Positions 50,729 through 60,200 of a DNA stretch of 64,000 bases are shown here, one piece after another. A model generated the notes under the pieces. It worked only from the letters and a program-made list of their open reading frames with translations. It did no database searches and was not told the DNA's origin. Position numbers and translations under genes: made by a program. Within the stretch, counting starts at the first letter, position 1. Each line of letters opens with the position of its first letter. This DNA is from Moraxellaceae bacterium UBA2031 (GTDB lineage: Bacteria; Pseudomonadota; Gammaproteobacteria; Pseudomonadales; Moraxellaceae), in assembly GCA_002333145.1 (NCBI GenBank), contig DDBN01000081.1, forward strand, positions 27,331-91,330. Direction: 5' to 3'.

Positions 50729-53428
50729 CTAGCCAGTGTTTCGAAGGCCGGCGGCAATACCGGCAATAGTCACCATCAAAGCCTGATCAAAAGCGGTGCT
50801 TTCCTCTCCAGCCTGCCGTCGGCGCAACATCAGCTCGGCCTGAAGCATGTGCAAAGGCTCGATGTAGGGAGTTCTGACATTAATTGAACGACGTAGTACG
50901 GGGTAACTCTGCAGCAAAGGCCTTCCGCCATTGGCCGCCAGTAGAGCATCAACTGTCACCATCAAACGGCGACGCAGTTCCTGACCCAGTACCTGTAGAC
51001 CGGGATCACCCGCAGCCAGGCGCTCCTCGTAATTCTCCACAATCGCTGCATCCGCTTTGGCCAGTACCATTTCCAGCATATCCAGCACCGCGTGGAAGTA
51101 AGGCCATTCCCGTGCCATTTCATGTAACTGTGTCGTGCGGCCACTGTCCATGGCCATATTCAAGGCACGACCAGTACCCAGCCAAGCCGGCAGCATGAGT
51201 CGAACTTGCGTCCAAGCAAATACCCACGGAATTGCCCTTAGTGACTCCACCCCACCTTGCACGCGGCGTCTGGCTGGCCGAGAACCCAGTGGCAATAACT
51301 GCAATTCTCGTTCGGGCGTTACTGTCCGCAAATAACGAATAAAGTCAGGGGTGTCTTGGACCGTTTCCCGATAAACCGCGAGCGATACTTGGGTCATTTC
51401 CTGCATCAGATCGCGCCACTCCTGACGTGGCAATGCCGGAGGCAATAATGAGGCTTCCAACGTTGCAGAGGCATACAAATCAAGATTACGAACGGCGATC
51501 CCAGCCATACCAAACTTGAAACGGATCATTTCCCCCTGCTCTGTTACTCGTATGGCACCATTGACTGAACCAGGCGGCTGCGACAGCAACGCCTGATGGG
51601 CTGGCGCCCCCCCTCTACTGACAGAGCCACCTCGGCCATGAAAAAGCGTCAACGTCACGCCATGCTGGTTTGCCACATCCGTTAATGCCTCCTGCGCCCG
51701 ATACTGTGCCCAACTCGCTGCCAAAAAGCCCGCATCCTTAGCCGAATCCGAATAACCAATCATTATTTCTTGATGACCATTGATGATGTCGCGATACCAC
51801 GGAATCGACAGCAAGGCATCCAGACAAGCACCCGCTCCGTTTAAATCATCGAGCGTCTCAAACAGAGGAACCACCCGCATCAAAACGGGCATCTCTGCTT
51901 TTTGCTGCAACAACATCACGGCCAGAACATCACTGGGCTGTTCAGCCATGGAAATAACATAAGCGCCCAGAGAGTCAGACGGCTGCACCGCCAGCTCCCG
52001 GAAAGTCGCTAGCACTTCCTGTACTTCCGTTGAATGCAGGGGATGATCAGCGATGAGCTGGGGATGATCTGGCAATAAGGGGCGTGGGTTTTTCAGCTCT
52101 TGCAGTAAAAATTTCTGGCGTGCCGTCTCATCCCATTCAGCATAGCGACCAATGCCAAGGAATTGCGTAATAGCATCCAGAGTCTGAGTGTGCCTAGCTG
52201 ACTCCTGACGTACATCCAGCTTGAGCAACTCCACACCAAAACAGGCCAGTCGCCGGATCATATCCAGCAAATCACCATTAGCAACATCCTCCAGGCCACT
52301 ATCGAGTAATGACTGATAGCATAACTGCAACGGCTCTAAGAGCTCGGCAGATGTGCGATATATACCACTATCATCGGATGACTCATGACGTAATTCAGCA
52401 TCCAGCCAATCCCGGGTAAGCGTCAGCCGTTGCCGCACTGCTCGCAATAAATCACGGTAAGGCTCATTACTTTCCTGCCCCACTATCTGTCGTAATGCGG
52501 CACTACAATCTGACATCGACAGCTCAGCTCGCAGCGTTTCCACATCTTTCAGATAAAGATCGGCGGCCATCCATCGAGCCAGTAAGATCACTTCACGCGT
52601 AACATGATGCGTTACATTCGGATTTCCATCCCGATCTCCTCCCATCCATGATGCAAACCGAACCGGAGAGCGTGTTAGTGGCAAACGCTCACCGGTGTAC
52701 TCATAAAGTACCGCATCAAATTCACGCAGAAACTGCGGCACTGCCCGCCAGAGTGATTGTTCAATGACGGTAAAGCCCCACTTTGCCTCATCAACAGGTG
52801 TTGGTGGATGCTTTCGTATTTCATCAGTGTGCCATGCCGCGATAATGTGACGACGCAAAACAGATAGCTCTGCATCACGCTCTACTGGCGTCAATGCTGC
52901 ATGATCTAGCCGTTCCAACGAGTCCGCAATATCATCATATTTTCGAATTAGCGTGCGTCGGCTTACCTCGGTTGGATGGGCAGTGAGAACCAGTCCAATA
53001 TCCAGTTTTTCTACCGCCGAAAGAATACTTTCTTTCGACTGCCCCTCACTGGCTAAACGTGAGAAAAGGGCACGGACTGAACCCAACTGGGGAGGCTCAT
53101 CGGAACGCCACTGATGTGCACGTCGACGCCTTACCCGGTGATACTGTTCAGCAATATTGGCCAGATTTAGAAATTGAGTAAATGCACGAGCAACAGGCAG
53201 AAGTTCATCATCGCCAAGACCAGATAAAAGACCAATCAATTCATCCCGCGCACCTGTTACACCATCCCGTGCCTGCTTTCCCAAGGAACGAATACGTTCA
53301 ACCTTGTTAAAAATATCCTGCCCAGCTTGGTGACGCAGAGCATCTCCCAGCATTCGTCCTAGCAAGCGAACATCATCGCGTAACGGAGCATGTGCATCAG
53401 ACATATTCAAAAGACTGTATCTCCACAT
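50729..53428 (-). CDS. ppc: phosphoenolpyruvate carboxylase
   Basis: Motifs VLTAHPTE, GYSDSAKDAG, FHGRGGSVSRGG and the C-terminal RNTG. The real start is probably MSDAHAPLRDDV (ATG 53404). Confidence 0.96.
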   Translation of the reverse strand: MWRYSLLNMSDAHAPLRDDVRLLGRMLGDALRHQAGQDIFNKVERIRSLGKQARDGVTGARDELIGLLSGLGDDELLPVARAFTQFLNLANIAEQYHRVRRRRAHQWRSDEPPQLGSVRALFSRLASEGQSKESILSAVEKLDIGLVLTAHPTEVSRRTLIRKYDDIADSLERLDHAALTPVERDAELSVLRRHIIAAWHTDEIRKHPPTPVDEAKWGFTVIEQSLWRAVPQFLREFDAVLYEYTGERLPLTRSPVRFASWMGGDRDGNPNVTHHVTREVILLARWMAADLYLKDVETLRAELSMSDCSAALRQIVGQESNEPYRDLLRAVRQRLTLTRDWLDAELRHESSDDSGIYRTSAELLEPLQLCYQSLLDSGLEDVANGDLLDMIRRLACFGVELLKLDVRQESARHTQTLDAITQFLGIGRYAEWDETARQKFLLQELKNPRPLLPDHPQLIADHPLHSTEVQEVLATFRELAVQPSDSLGAYVISMAEQPSDVLAVMLLQQKAEMPVLMRVVPLFETLDDLNGAGACLDALLSIPWYRDIINGHQEIMIGYSDSAKDAGFLAASWAQYRAQEALTDVANQHGVTLTLFHGRGGSVSRGGAPAHQALLSQPPGSVNGAIRVTEQGEMIRFKFGMAGIAVRNLDLYASATLEASLLPPALPRQEWRDLMQEMTQVSLAVYRETVQDTPDFIRYLRTVTPERELQLLPLGSRPARRRVQGGVESLRAIPWVFAWTQVRLMLPAWLGTGRALNMAMDSGRTTQLHEMAREWPYFHAVLDMLEMVLAKADAAIVENYEERLAAGDPGLQVLGQELRRRLMVTVDALLAANGGRPLLQSYPVLRRSINVRTPYIEPLHMLQAELMLRRRQAGEESTAFDQALMVTIAGIAAGLRNTG

Positions 53429-53471
53429 TTAGGAAGGCCCCCTGGAGGTGCCATGTACTTACAGCAAGACT

Positions 53472-56273
53472 CTAGGCCGATATCCCAGTATCGGCAGGAG
53501 CCCAGCGAGCCAGCTTTTCCCCAAGCATGCGCAGACTGACTGGCTTCGGTAAATGATCATCCATTCCCGCCGCATAACAGTTATCAATATGATGCTGAGT
53601 CACATGAGCACTGACAGCCACAATCGGCACCCGTGCCCGCCCTTCTGCCGCCTCTAGCAACCTGATTTCACGCACCGCCGTGTAACCATCCATCACCGGC
53701 ATTTCACAATCCATCAACACAAGATCAAATCGCTGCCGCGTGCGACGAATAAGTGCAACAGCTTGTTCACCATTCTCCACCAACTCAGCGGTAATACCAA
53801 AACGCCTCAATAGGCCAAGTATGACTAGTTGATTCGTATGATTGTCTTCCGCCACAAGTACGCTTAATGATGAATACTGCGGTAACTTATCCCGAACAAG
53901 TACAGACTCTATCGGTCGTTTATCAATCACCGTTAGAACAGCTTGTTGCAACTCACTTGCCATCAACGGCCGCTCGAAAGCATGCGCTACACCTGCATGC
54001 ACCAAAACACCTGGGTTTGGTTGCAGCTGAGGTAGCGCAAACAGCAGTGTCCTAATGTTCTGCAGAAGAGGCTCATGAGTAACACGCTCATGAAGCGTCA
54101 ACCCATTCATGTCCGGCAGTTGTAATGCCGTTACCAATAAATCGAAGGGTTTCCCAGCATGTGCTGCATCACGAAGACGAATCAGGGCGGCCTCGCCCGA
54201 CTGAACGCTTTCGATCAAAAGGCCACGTGTTGCTGCCTCCGAAGCCATCACAACACCAAACCGCTTGTCTTCATCTACTAGCAGCAAACGAACCATTGGC
54301 AAATATTCAGGCCAGAAAATACGAGGGACAGCACCTTGCGCAGTCTGCACATATATTGTCGCTGTAAACACAGACCCCCTTCCTTGCTCACTCTTTGCTG
54401 TCAAATCTCCGCCCATCAACCGACAGAGATCACGACTAATGCTAAGGCCTAAACCAGAACCCCCATAATTTCGTACGATCGAAGCATCAGCCTGCACAAA
54501 ACTGTCAAAAATATAAGGAATACGACTCTCTGGAATACCGACGCCTGTATCAATCACGATGAAGCGCAGGCCAATATCCCTACCACTTCCAAATGTTTCA
54601 AGACGCAGCTCAATATGGCCATGATGCGTAAACTTGACGGCATTGGATAAAAGATTGACGAGCACCTGTCGCAACCTCACTACATCACCCACTACCTCTG
54701 TGGGCACATCCGTCGCCACGGAACATAATATCGTTAACTGTTGTTTATAGACTCTTGCCTTAAATAAAGAAAAGGAATCCTCAACTAACTTATCAACCAG
54801 AAAGGGAGCCATTTCGATAGCCATCTGACCCGCTTCAATTTTGGAGTGATCAAGGACATCATTAATAACATCCAGCAATGTGTTGCCGGACGACTCCATG
54901 GTGGACAGTATCTTCAACTGCTCATGATTCAGCCCAGTTGTTTTTAATAATTCAGCCATACCTAGCACGCCATTCATCGGCGTACGGATCTCGTGACTCA
55001 TCATCGCAAGAAACTGACTTTTTGCCTGACTCTGGGCATGCGACATTAATGCCTCCTCGCGGCTTAATGCATCTGTCTGCTTGAGTCGACGTAAATGCAG
55101 GCCTAAGCCCAGAGAAAGCAGCACGACCGTTAGCAATAGCCCAATTTTTATCCCGATTACGGAGGAGTGAAACAGAGGAATGACAGCCATCACAGATAAG
55201 GCGGTTGCAATGGCACTGCCCAGAAAAAATATCCAGCCCAATAAAAAATAGACCGCGAGCCGATTGGCATCTCTTATCGAAGCCACTGCCATGGCCAGAA
55301 TATAGACACTTACCAAGACACCTCCGCACAGCGCCACAATCGCCCCGTATGTGGGCCCTAGCCAAGGTAAGGCGAGCATTACTAGCACGCCAACAACCGT
55401 CAGATACACAGCACCACGGTACCAAGGCGACTGCCGACTGACATTAAGGTATTGAGTTGAAAACAGCAGATAAAAAATAGCCGCAGAGCCTACAAAAACC
55501 GACAATATGAGATTTTGCAAAAGGCCCGCCGACTTAAAAATAGAAAACATCAGGCCGTCAACACACAACAGATAGCCAACGGTGGGTACCAGGGCTAGCA
55601 CATAGAAAAGGAATAACCGTTCGCGCGAGGTAAAAAAAATGAACAGGTTATAGCCCAGCAGAACAAGTATCGCACCGTAAAACATGCCATCCAGCATTTG
55701 CCAGCGACCAGCCTCAATCCAGAATGCTTCTGGTTGATATAATCGGACTGGCATAAGTAGGTTGCTTGACGAACGAACCTTTAGAAACACTTCACTCTGC
55801 CCTGTTGGCAGTAAAAGCGGCGCAGCCAGCTGCCTTATCGGCCAGGGGCGATCATCCCAAGATTCGGTATCCCCGGTGACTATTTGCTGAAAGCCCCCTC
55901 TACCATCCGGGGCATAGACATGAACATGATCCAGGAGGGGAAAGTCGACATGAAGGATGCGTAAATCAGGAGTACTGGATGAATTCTGAAAGGAAAGCCT
56001 GAACCAATAGGCAGCCTGAGGATCAAAACCCCAATTAGAAGTATCAGTTTGCGGCTGGAAACGCTCAGGATGCTGCCTGACATCCTCAAGTGTGGCCTCT
56101 CTTCCTGCATCTCGCCACCACAGCAAGTGACCGTCAAGGAATTGCACATCTACTTTTTTCAGAACAACAGGTTTGGCCCACAAGGGAGAGTGTCCAAACA
56201 GTAACAGCAGTACAATCAGCTGTATGGTACGAATATATAAGACGGCTGCCGGGTCATTCCTTGCCATGGGCAT
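53472..56273 (-). CDS. 7TMR-DISM hybrid histidine kinase with pseudo-receiver + receiver (RetS-like architecture)
   Basis: 933 aa. Signal/TM helix, a periplasmic DISMED2-like domain of about 150 aa, 7 TM helices, H-box [13 protein letters not shown] boxes (LLSNAVKFT, DTGVGI, GGSGLGL), a first REC-like block lacking the acceptor Asp (FDLLVTALQLPDMNG), and a second canonical REC (FDLVLMDCEMPVMDG ... KPV). Confidence 0.88.
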   Translation of the reverse strand: MPMARNDPAAVLYIRTIQLIVLLLLFGHSPLWAKPVVLKKVDVQFLDGHLLWWRDAGREATLEDVRQHPERFQPQTDTSNWGFDPQAAYWFRLSFQNSSSTPDLRILHVDFPLLDHVHVYAPDGRGGFQQIVTGDTESWDDRPWPIRQLAAPLLLPTGQSEVFLKVRSSSNLLMPVRLYQPEAFWIEAGRWQMLDGMFYGAILVLLGYNLFIFFTSRERLFLFYVLALVPTVGYLLCVDGLMFSIFKSAGLLQNLILSVFVGSAAIFYLLFSTQYLNVSRQSPWYRGAVYLTVVGVLVMLALPWLGPTYGAIVALCGGVLVSVYILAMAVASIRDANRLAVYFLLGWIFFLGSAIATALSVMAVIPLFHSSVIGIKIGLLLTVVLLSLGLGLHLRRLKQTDALSREEALMSHAQSQAKSQFLAMMSHEIRTPMNGVLGMAELLKTTGLNHEQLKILSTMESSGNTLLDVINDVLDHSKIEAGQMAIEMAPFLVDKLVEDSFSLFKARVYKQQLTILCSVATDVPTEVVGDVVRLRQVLVNLLSNAVKFTHHGHIELRLETFGSGRDIGLRFIVIDTGVGIPESRIPYIFDSFVQADASIVRNYGGSGLGLSISRDLCRLMGGDLTAKSEQGRGSVFTATIYVQTAQGAVPRIFWPEYLPMVRLLLVDEDKRFGVVMASEAATRGLLIESVQSGEAALIRLRDAAHAGKPFDLLVTALQLPDMNGLTLHERVTHEPLLQNIRTLLFALPQLQPNPGVLVHAGVAHAFERPLMASELQQAVLTVIDKRPIESVLVRDKLPQYSSLSVLVAEDNHTNQLVILGLLRRFGITAELVENGEQAVALIRRTRQRFDLVLMDCEMPVMDGYTAVREIRLLEAAEGRARVPIVAVSAHVTQHHIDNCYAAGMDDHLPKPVSLRMLGEKLARWAPADTGISA

Positions 56274-56570
56274 ATCCTGTTTCCATCGTGGGAAATTACA
56301 TCAAAAGTATGACCTTAACTACTATAGTGATATCCCCAAAATAGCTGGTATATATCTGCCTATCGGAGAACAAGCTCCGACAACCGGCTAACACCTCCAC
56401 TATCTTGTCGTCGAGCTGATTATTCGTACAGATTATAGGTGCCTTACCTTCAAATTTCAGATAGTCATTGCTAGGATTGATCCACCTGTAGCTCACGTGA
56501 GAGGCGGTGTGTATGCCTTCATCTCCTGCAACCCCTGCCAATAACAATACGTAACCTTCACGGAACATTC

Positions 56571-57644
56571 ATGAGCGCCCCGAAATCGGACCACATTTCT
56601 CCCTTTGCGCCTCAGCAGTTTCTAGGCCTTCATTTACCTCGCGCTCAGCTGGCTTTTCGTATTGCCTTAGCATTGCTCGTGCTGACCTACGCCTACTTTG
56701 TCCCTGCCCCGCTCACGCTAACCCCATACGTGGTCTTTCTGATCGGTGTGATTGTCTACATCGGCATACAGAGCCTGCTCGGGCTCACTACTATTTTCAA
56801 CAAAACCTCTTCTATCATTCTCAATGCCATTACAATGGTAGACATTATTGGAGCTCTTGCGGTCGTTCTTAACGACCCTAATACCTTCCCGCCCACACAG
56901 GTTTTAGTATTCATCGCCCTGATATTAGCTGCCGCACAGCATCGTCAACAGGCATTTATGACTGTTCTGGCCTCATCAGTAGCGGCCTCAATTATCGTTA
57001 TTAGTATTCGACAGCCTCTGATTGATCAACCGTATAACGCTACATTTTTTGGGATGATCGTTCTGCTGGCAGCTGTCTCCTTGGCACTTTTCATCGTGGC
57101 ATCTCATTTAGAGCATCTGCGTAATCGGGCCTCCCGAGTGACAGAGACCGACCCACTTACCGGGCTGGGTAACCGTTGGACCTTTTACGAAGCCGCCAAA
57201 TACCTTCTGCCCTATCATCAACGCAATCTGACGCCAATGGTGGTCATGTATGCGGATATTGAAGTTACTCAGTATAAAGGGAAGAAACCGGCCAAAACCG
57301 TCAACCAATACCTGCTTAAACAGTTTGCCAGCATTGTGGACCAGCGCGTGCGGGCCAGTGACATTGCCGTCCATTATGGGGGCAACGAGTTTGCCTTTCT
57401 GCTGGTTGACACTACTACCAAAGATGCCGAAACCTTGGCATTTGACCTCCAACAGAACTTCAATAACTGGGCACGCCAGAAAGAACTGGCTGCCTACGCC
57501 CATATTGGTATGGCGGTAATCCCACCCCGCCCTATCGCCATGGATCAAGTCTTGATCAGTATCAATGCCGCCCTACACCGTGCTCGCCAGTATAAAAAAG
57601 GGGTATCTGGAGCCGTCTTTGCCGACCCCGAGCACGGCCGCTGA
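56571..57644 (+). CDS. membrane protein with degenerate GGDEF domain (GGNEF; RxxD retained)
   Basis: 357 aa. About 5-6 N-terminal TM helices, DPLTGLGNRWTF, I-site RASD exactly five residues before GGNEF (codons 57378-57392: GGG GGC AAC GAG TTT). The usual FK.iND..GH..GD block is absent. Confidence 0.85.
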   Translation: MSAPKSDHISPFAPQQFLGLHLPRAQLAFRIALALLVLTYAYFVPAPLTLTPYVVFLIGVIVYIGIQSLLGLTTIFNKTSSIILNAITMVDIIGALAVVLNDPNTFPPTQVLVFIALILAAAQHRQQAFMTVLASSVAASIIVISIRQPLIDQPYNATFFGMIVLLAAVSLALFIVASHLEHLRNRASRVTETDPLTGLGNRWTFYEAAKYLLPYHQRNLTPMVVMYADIEVTQYKGKKPAKTVNQYLLKQFASIVDQRVRASDIAVHYGGNEFAFLLVDTTTKDAETLAFDLQQNFNNWARQKELAAYAHIGMAVIPPRPIAMDQVLISINAALHRARQYKKGVSGAVFADPEHGR

Positions 57645-57662
57645 CCCACTATGCGCCTCATT

Positions 57663-57708
57663 ATCCCCAAGCCTTTACCTCACAAGGGATTGGGGATTCT
57701 TATTTTTC
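57663..57708 (+). terminator. candidate terminator after GGDEF gene
   Basis: ATCCCCA..CCTT-(8 nt)-AAGG..TGGGGAT interrupted hairpin followed by a TCTTATTTTT run. Confidence 0.5.
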
Positions 57709-57897
57709 TCGTATCCCCTGCATTTTTTTGAAAACTGTCAAACAAAAGTGATGCAAAAGGGGATTCTCGATGCTAACATCTCCGCGCCGATTAGTTGGAT
57801 GCTAGGTAATCTGGGTGCCATGCGGGCATGGAAGTGCCACAGGGTTCCGATAGTGCATTTAGCATAGTCGCCAAACACGCAACCTGAGAGAGACATC

Positions 57898-58116
57898 ATG
57901 CAAATCAAGAACATCGCTGTTACTGCCGCTATCGTTGCCGCCCTTGCTATCGCTGGCTGCGCCAAGAAAGAAGAAGCTCCTGCTGTTGAAGAAGCTGCTG
58001 CTGTTGTTGAAGCTCCTGCTGCCGAAGCCGCTCCTGTTGTTGAAGCTGCTCCTGCTGTTGAAGCTGCTGCTCCTGCTGCTGAAGCCGCTCCTGCTGAAGC
58101 TGCTCCAGCACAGTAA
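57898..58116 (+). CDS. small lipoprotein made of Ala/Pro/Glu/Val repeats (AAEAP-like, H.8/Lip-like)
   Basis: 72 aa. Signal peptide with lipobox IAGC. The mature part is AKKEEAPAVEEAAAVVEAPAAEAAPVVEAAPAVEAAAPAAEAAPAEAAPAQ. GAGAGA RBS-like sequence upstream and a terminator downstream. Confidence 0.75.
   Translation: MQIKNIAVTAAIVAALAIAGCAKKEEAPAVEEAAAVVEAPAAEAAPVVEAAPAVEAAAPAAEAAPAEAAPAQ
57973..58110 (+). repeat. imperfect tandem repeats of about 15-18 nt (GAAGCTGCTCCTGCTGTT-like)
   Basis: Eight to nine degenerate copies encode (E)AAPA(V/A) units. The repeat keeps all six reading frames open, which generates spurious track ORFs. Confidence 0.8.
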
Positions 58117-58168
58117 TCAGATCTTTCCAGATCTGATGCAAAAAAGGGGTGCATTGCACCCCTTTTTC
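58116..58168 (+). terminator. double hairpin terminator after repeat lipoprotein gene
   Basis: ATCAGATCT-TTCC-AGATCTGAT (9 bp), then A6-GGGGTGC-ATT-GCACCCC-T5. Confidence 0.8.
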
Positions 58169-58209
58169 TATGCCTTTTTTTTACCTTTTAACCTGACTGG
58201 ATAAAGATC

Positions 58210-58713
58210 ATGACTTCTTGCCCATGCGGCAGCAGCCGTGAGTTTGACGTTTGCTGCAGCCCCTTTATTCAGGGAACTAGCCGTCCCACAACTGCTGAAG
58301 CCTTGATGCGCTCACGATACGCAGCCTACGTTAAAGGCAATATCGATTACATCATGGCCACAACATTGCCTGCCAGCCGTGCTGATAGCGATATAGATGC
58401 GATGCGCTCCTGGGCTAACAATGCCGAGTGGACTGGACTCGAAATTGTCTCGACCCAAGATGGTCAAGCTGATAACAAGCAAGGTCAGATTGAGTTTATC
58501 GCCCATTACGCCATGGGTGGTATTGCACAGCGCCATCACGAGCAATCGCTGTTTGTGAAGGAAGATGATCAGTGGTTTTTCAAAGATGGAGAGGTGCTCT
58601 ACTCTGGCCCCGCCGAGAAACCAAAACCGGTGGTTAATACCACGCGCATCGGACGCAATGATCCCTGCACCTGTGGCAGCGGGAAAAAATACAAGAAGTG
58701 CTGCGGCGCCTGA
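58210..58713 (+). CDS. ychJ: YchJ-family protein (UPF0225) with N- and C-terminal SEC-C motifs
   Basis: N-terminal CPCGS...CC and C-terminal [18 protein letters not shown] metal-binding SEC-C motifs. Confidence 0.85.
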   Translation: MTSCPCGSSREFDVCCSPFIQGTSRPTTAEALMRSRYAAYVKGNIDYIMATTLPASRADSDIDAMRSWANNAEWTGLEIVSTQDGQADNKQGQIEFIAHYAMGGIAQRHHEQSLFVKEDDQWFFKDGEVLYSGPAEKPKPVVNTTRIGRNDPCTCGSGKKYKKCCGA

Positions 58714-58720
58714 AAGCGCC

Positions 58721-59455
58721 CTACTTCCAGTTGACTGAGTTGCAGTGCTGGCGATTACGCTCGTCCTGCATAGGCAGTATTGCGCAGACTAAGGCCTGCT
58801 TATGATGGGCCTCTACTCTTGCCCAAACTCGATCAGCATGCTGCTGCCCAGCTTGCCCTGCCGCCCAGGATTGACTGCGCAGCAGCGTATTGCTGACGAT
58901 TACCCGACTGGCCGGTGAAATCCTGTACCAGCCATCCAGCCCAATATCCACGATTGCCTCCATTACTTTCGGCTCCCAAGGGCCGAGGCGAGCAGCCTCT
59001 GCAAGAGCGCTCTCCATCTCGGCATCATGGCCGCCAGCTCGTACTAAGGCATACGCAAGAGCAGCATGCGCGTAGGGCCACGTCGGCCGCAATCGAATGG
59101 AATCACGATAGCTGGCAATGGCTTTCTCACGCTCTGGCCGTGCTTCTGGATCTCCGATAGGAGCCATGATGAAACGGGCCTCATGAATACGGGCCAATCC
59201 TTCACGATAATCTGCATTCATTGGCGATAAACGTACCGCGAGATTGGCCAGGGCATAGGCCTGCTGCCAATCTTCATCTTGCGGAGAAAAAAACTCATTT
59301 TGAGTTTGTGCCTTAGACAACTGAAAAGACCAGGCCTCTACCCAAGCCCCACCTCTGAACGCCGCGATATCCGCAACCATCCCTAGAATCGACCAGATAC
59401 CAAATACACCCATAATAAGTGCTGCAGCCAGCCAACCGGTCTGCCGCCTGCTCAT
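58721..59455 (-). CDS. membrane-anchored TPR-like protein, last gene of EPS export operon
   Basis: 244 aa. One N-terminal TM helix (WLAAALIMGVFGIWSILGMVADIAAF) followed by helical-repeat-like segments. The start overlaps the phosphatase stop (ATGA at 59452-59455). No family recognised. Confidence 0.55.
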   Translation of the reverse strand: MSRRQTGWLAAALIMGVFGIWSILGMVADIAAFRGGAWVEAWSFQLSKAQTQNEFFSPQDEDWQQAYALANLAVRLSPMNADYREGLARIHEARFIMAPIGDPEARPEREKAIASYRDSIRLRPTWPYAHAALAYALVRAGGHDAEMESALAEAARLGPWEPKVMEAIVDIGLDGWYRISPASRVIVSNTLLRSQSWAAGQAGQQHADRVWARVEAHHKQALVCAILPMQDERNRQHCNSVNWK

Positions 59456-60186
59456 GCAGCCCCCTCAAACTGACAGGCAACAATCTCCCAAGGGTTGTCC
59501 TGCACCAATCGTAATGCAGCCTCCTCCCCAAGAAGCTCAATAGCCACTGCCAACCCATCAGCAAGCTCAGGCGGCCGGGCCTTCAAGTTATGCGCATCAC
59601 TTGCAAGTACCGTTGCCCAGCCCTCTGCCACAATTTCTTTAGCGCGCTGCTCGGCAATCTCGCCAAAACGCCCCGATAATGATCCCGATGTCACTTGAAA
59701 CAGACAGCCCATTTGCACAAACTCGTGCATCCGGGAGACATCACGCATGATGTCTTTATTCCGCTCAGGATGGGCAATCATCGGAATGATATTGCGCTGC
59801 AGCAGCCACTTCACCAGCTTATCGCTACCGGGTAGGATATGGCTGTGTGGAAATTCCAACAGCAGAACGCGCTTTCCTTTCCATTCACCATGAAACGGAA
59901 TCCGGTTTGCCAGAACCATAGGAAGTATTTCAGCAGAAATACGAACCTCGCCCGAATACCCTAGCTGCAAGGGAATACCCTCGCGGACAAGCGCATCACG
60001 CAAGGCACTAACAGCAGAAGGAATGGTAGATGCGTCGTTCTCATAACGACCAGGATGAATATGTGGCGTGACCACACTATGGGTAATGCCAGAGGCTACC
60101 GCATGACGGCACAGGGCAAGAGCCTCTTCAAGTGTGTCGGGACCATCATCGATACCCGGCAACATGTGACAGTGCAGGTCGATCAT
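59452..60186 (-). CDS. PHP-domain protein-tyrosine phosphatase (CpsB/CapC/YwqE type)
   Basis: N-terminal MIDLHCHMLPGIDDGP signature, with further His/Asp metal ligands (TPHI, AHPER, ASDAH). Confidence 0.85.
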   Translation of the reverse strand: MIDLHCHMLPGIDDGPDTLEEALALCRHAVASGITHSVVTPHIHPGRYENDASTIPSAVSALRDALVREGIPLQLGYSGEVRISAEILPMVLANRIPFHGEWKGKRVLLLEFPHSHILPGSDKLVKWLLQRNIIPMIAHPERNKDIMRDVSRMHEFVQMGCLFQVTSGSLSGRFGEIAEQRAKEIVAEGWATVLASDAHNLKARPPELADGLAVAIELLGEEAALRLVQDNPWEIVACQFEGAA

Positions 60187-60200
60187 GATCCCTTTACTCG

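Noticed and set aside
56296-56568. 90-aa minus-strand ORF upstream of the RetS-like kinase
   Set aside because: It would leave only 2 nt to the divergent GGDEF start, so there would be no promoter space. The region is AT-rich and promoter-like, and the ORF has no RBS or motif. I treat the region as a divergent regulatory region.
57738-58204. Three overlapping ORFs (57738..58154 minus, 57935..58204 plus, 57947..58159 minus) rich in A/S/T, L/K or Q/L/E
   Set aside because: They are artefacts of the GCT/GAA-rich tandem repeat, which is open in all six frames. Only the 57898..58116 frame has a signal peptide with lipobox, an RBS-like sequence and a terminator.
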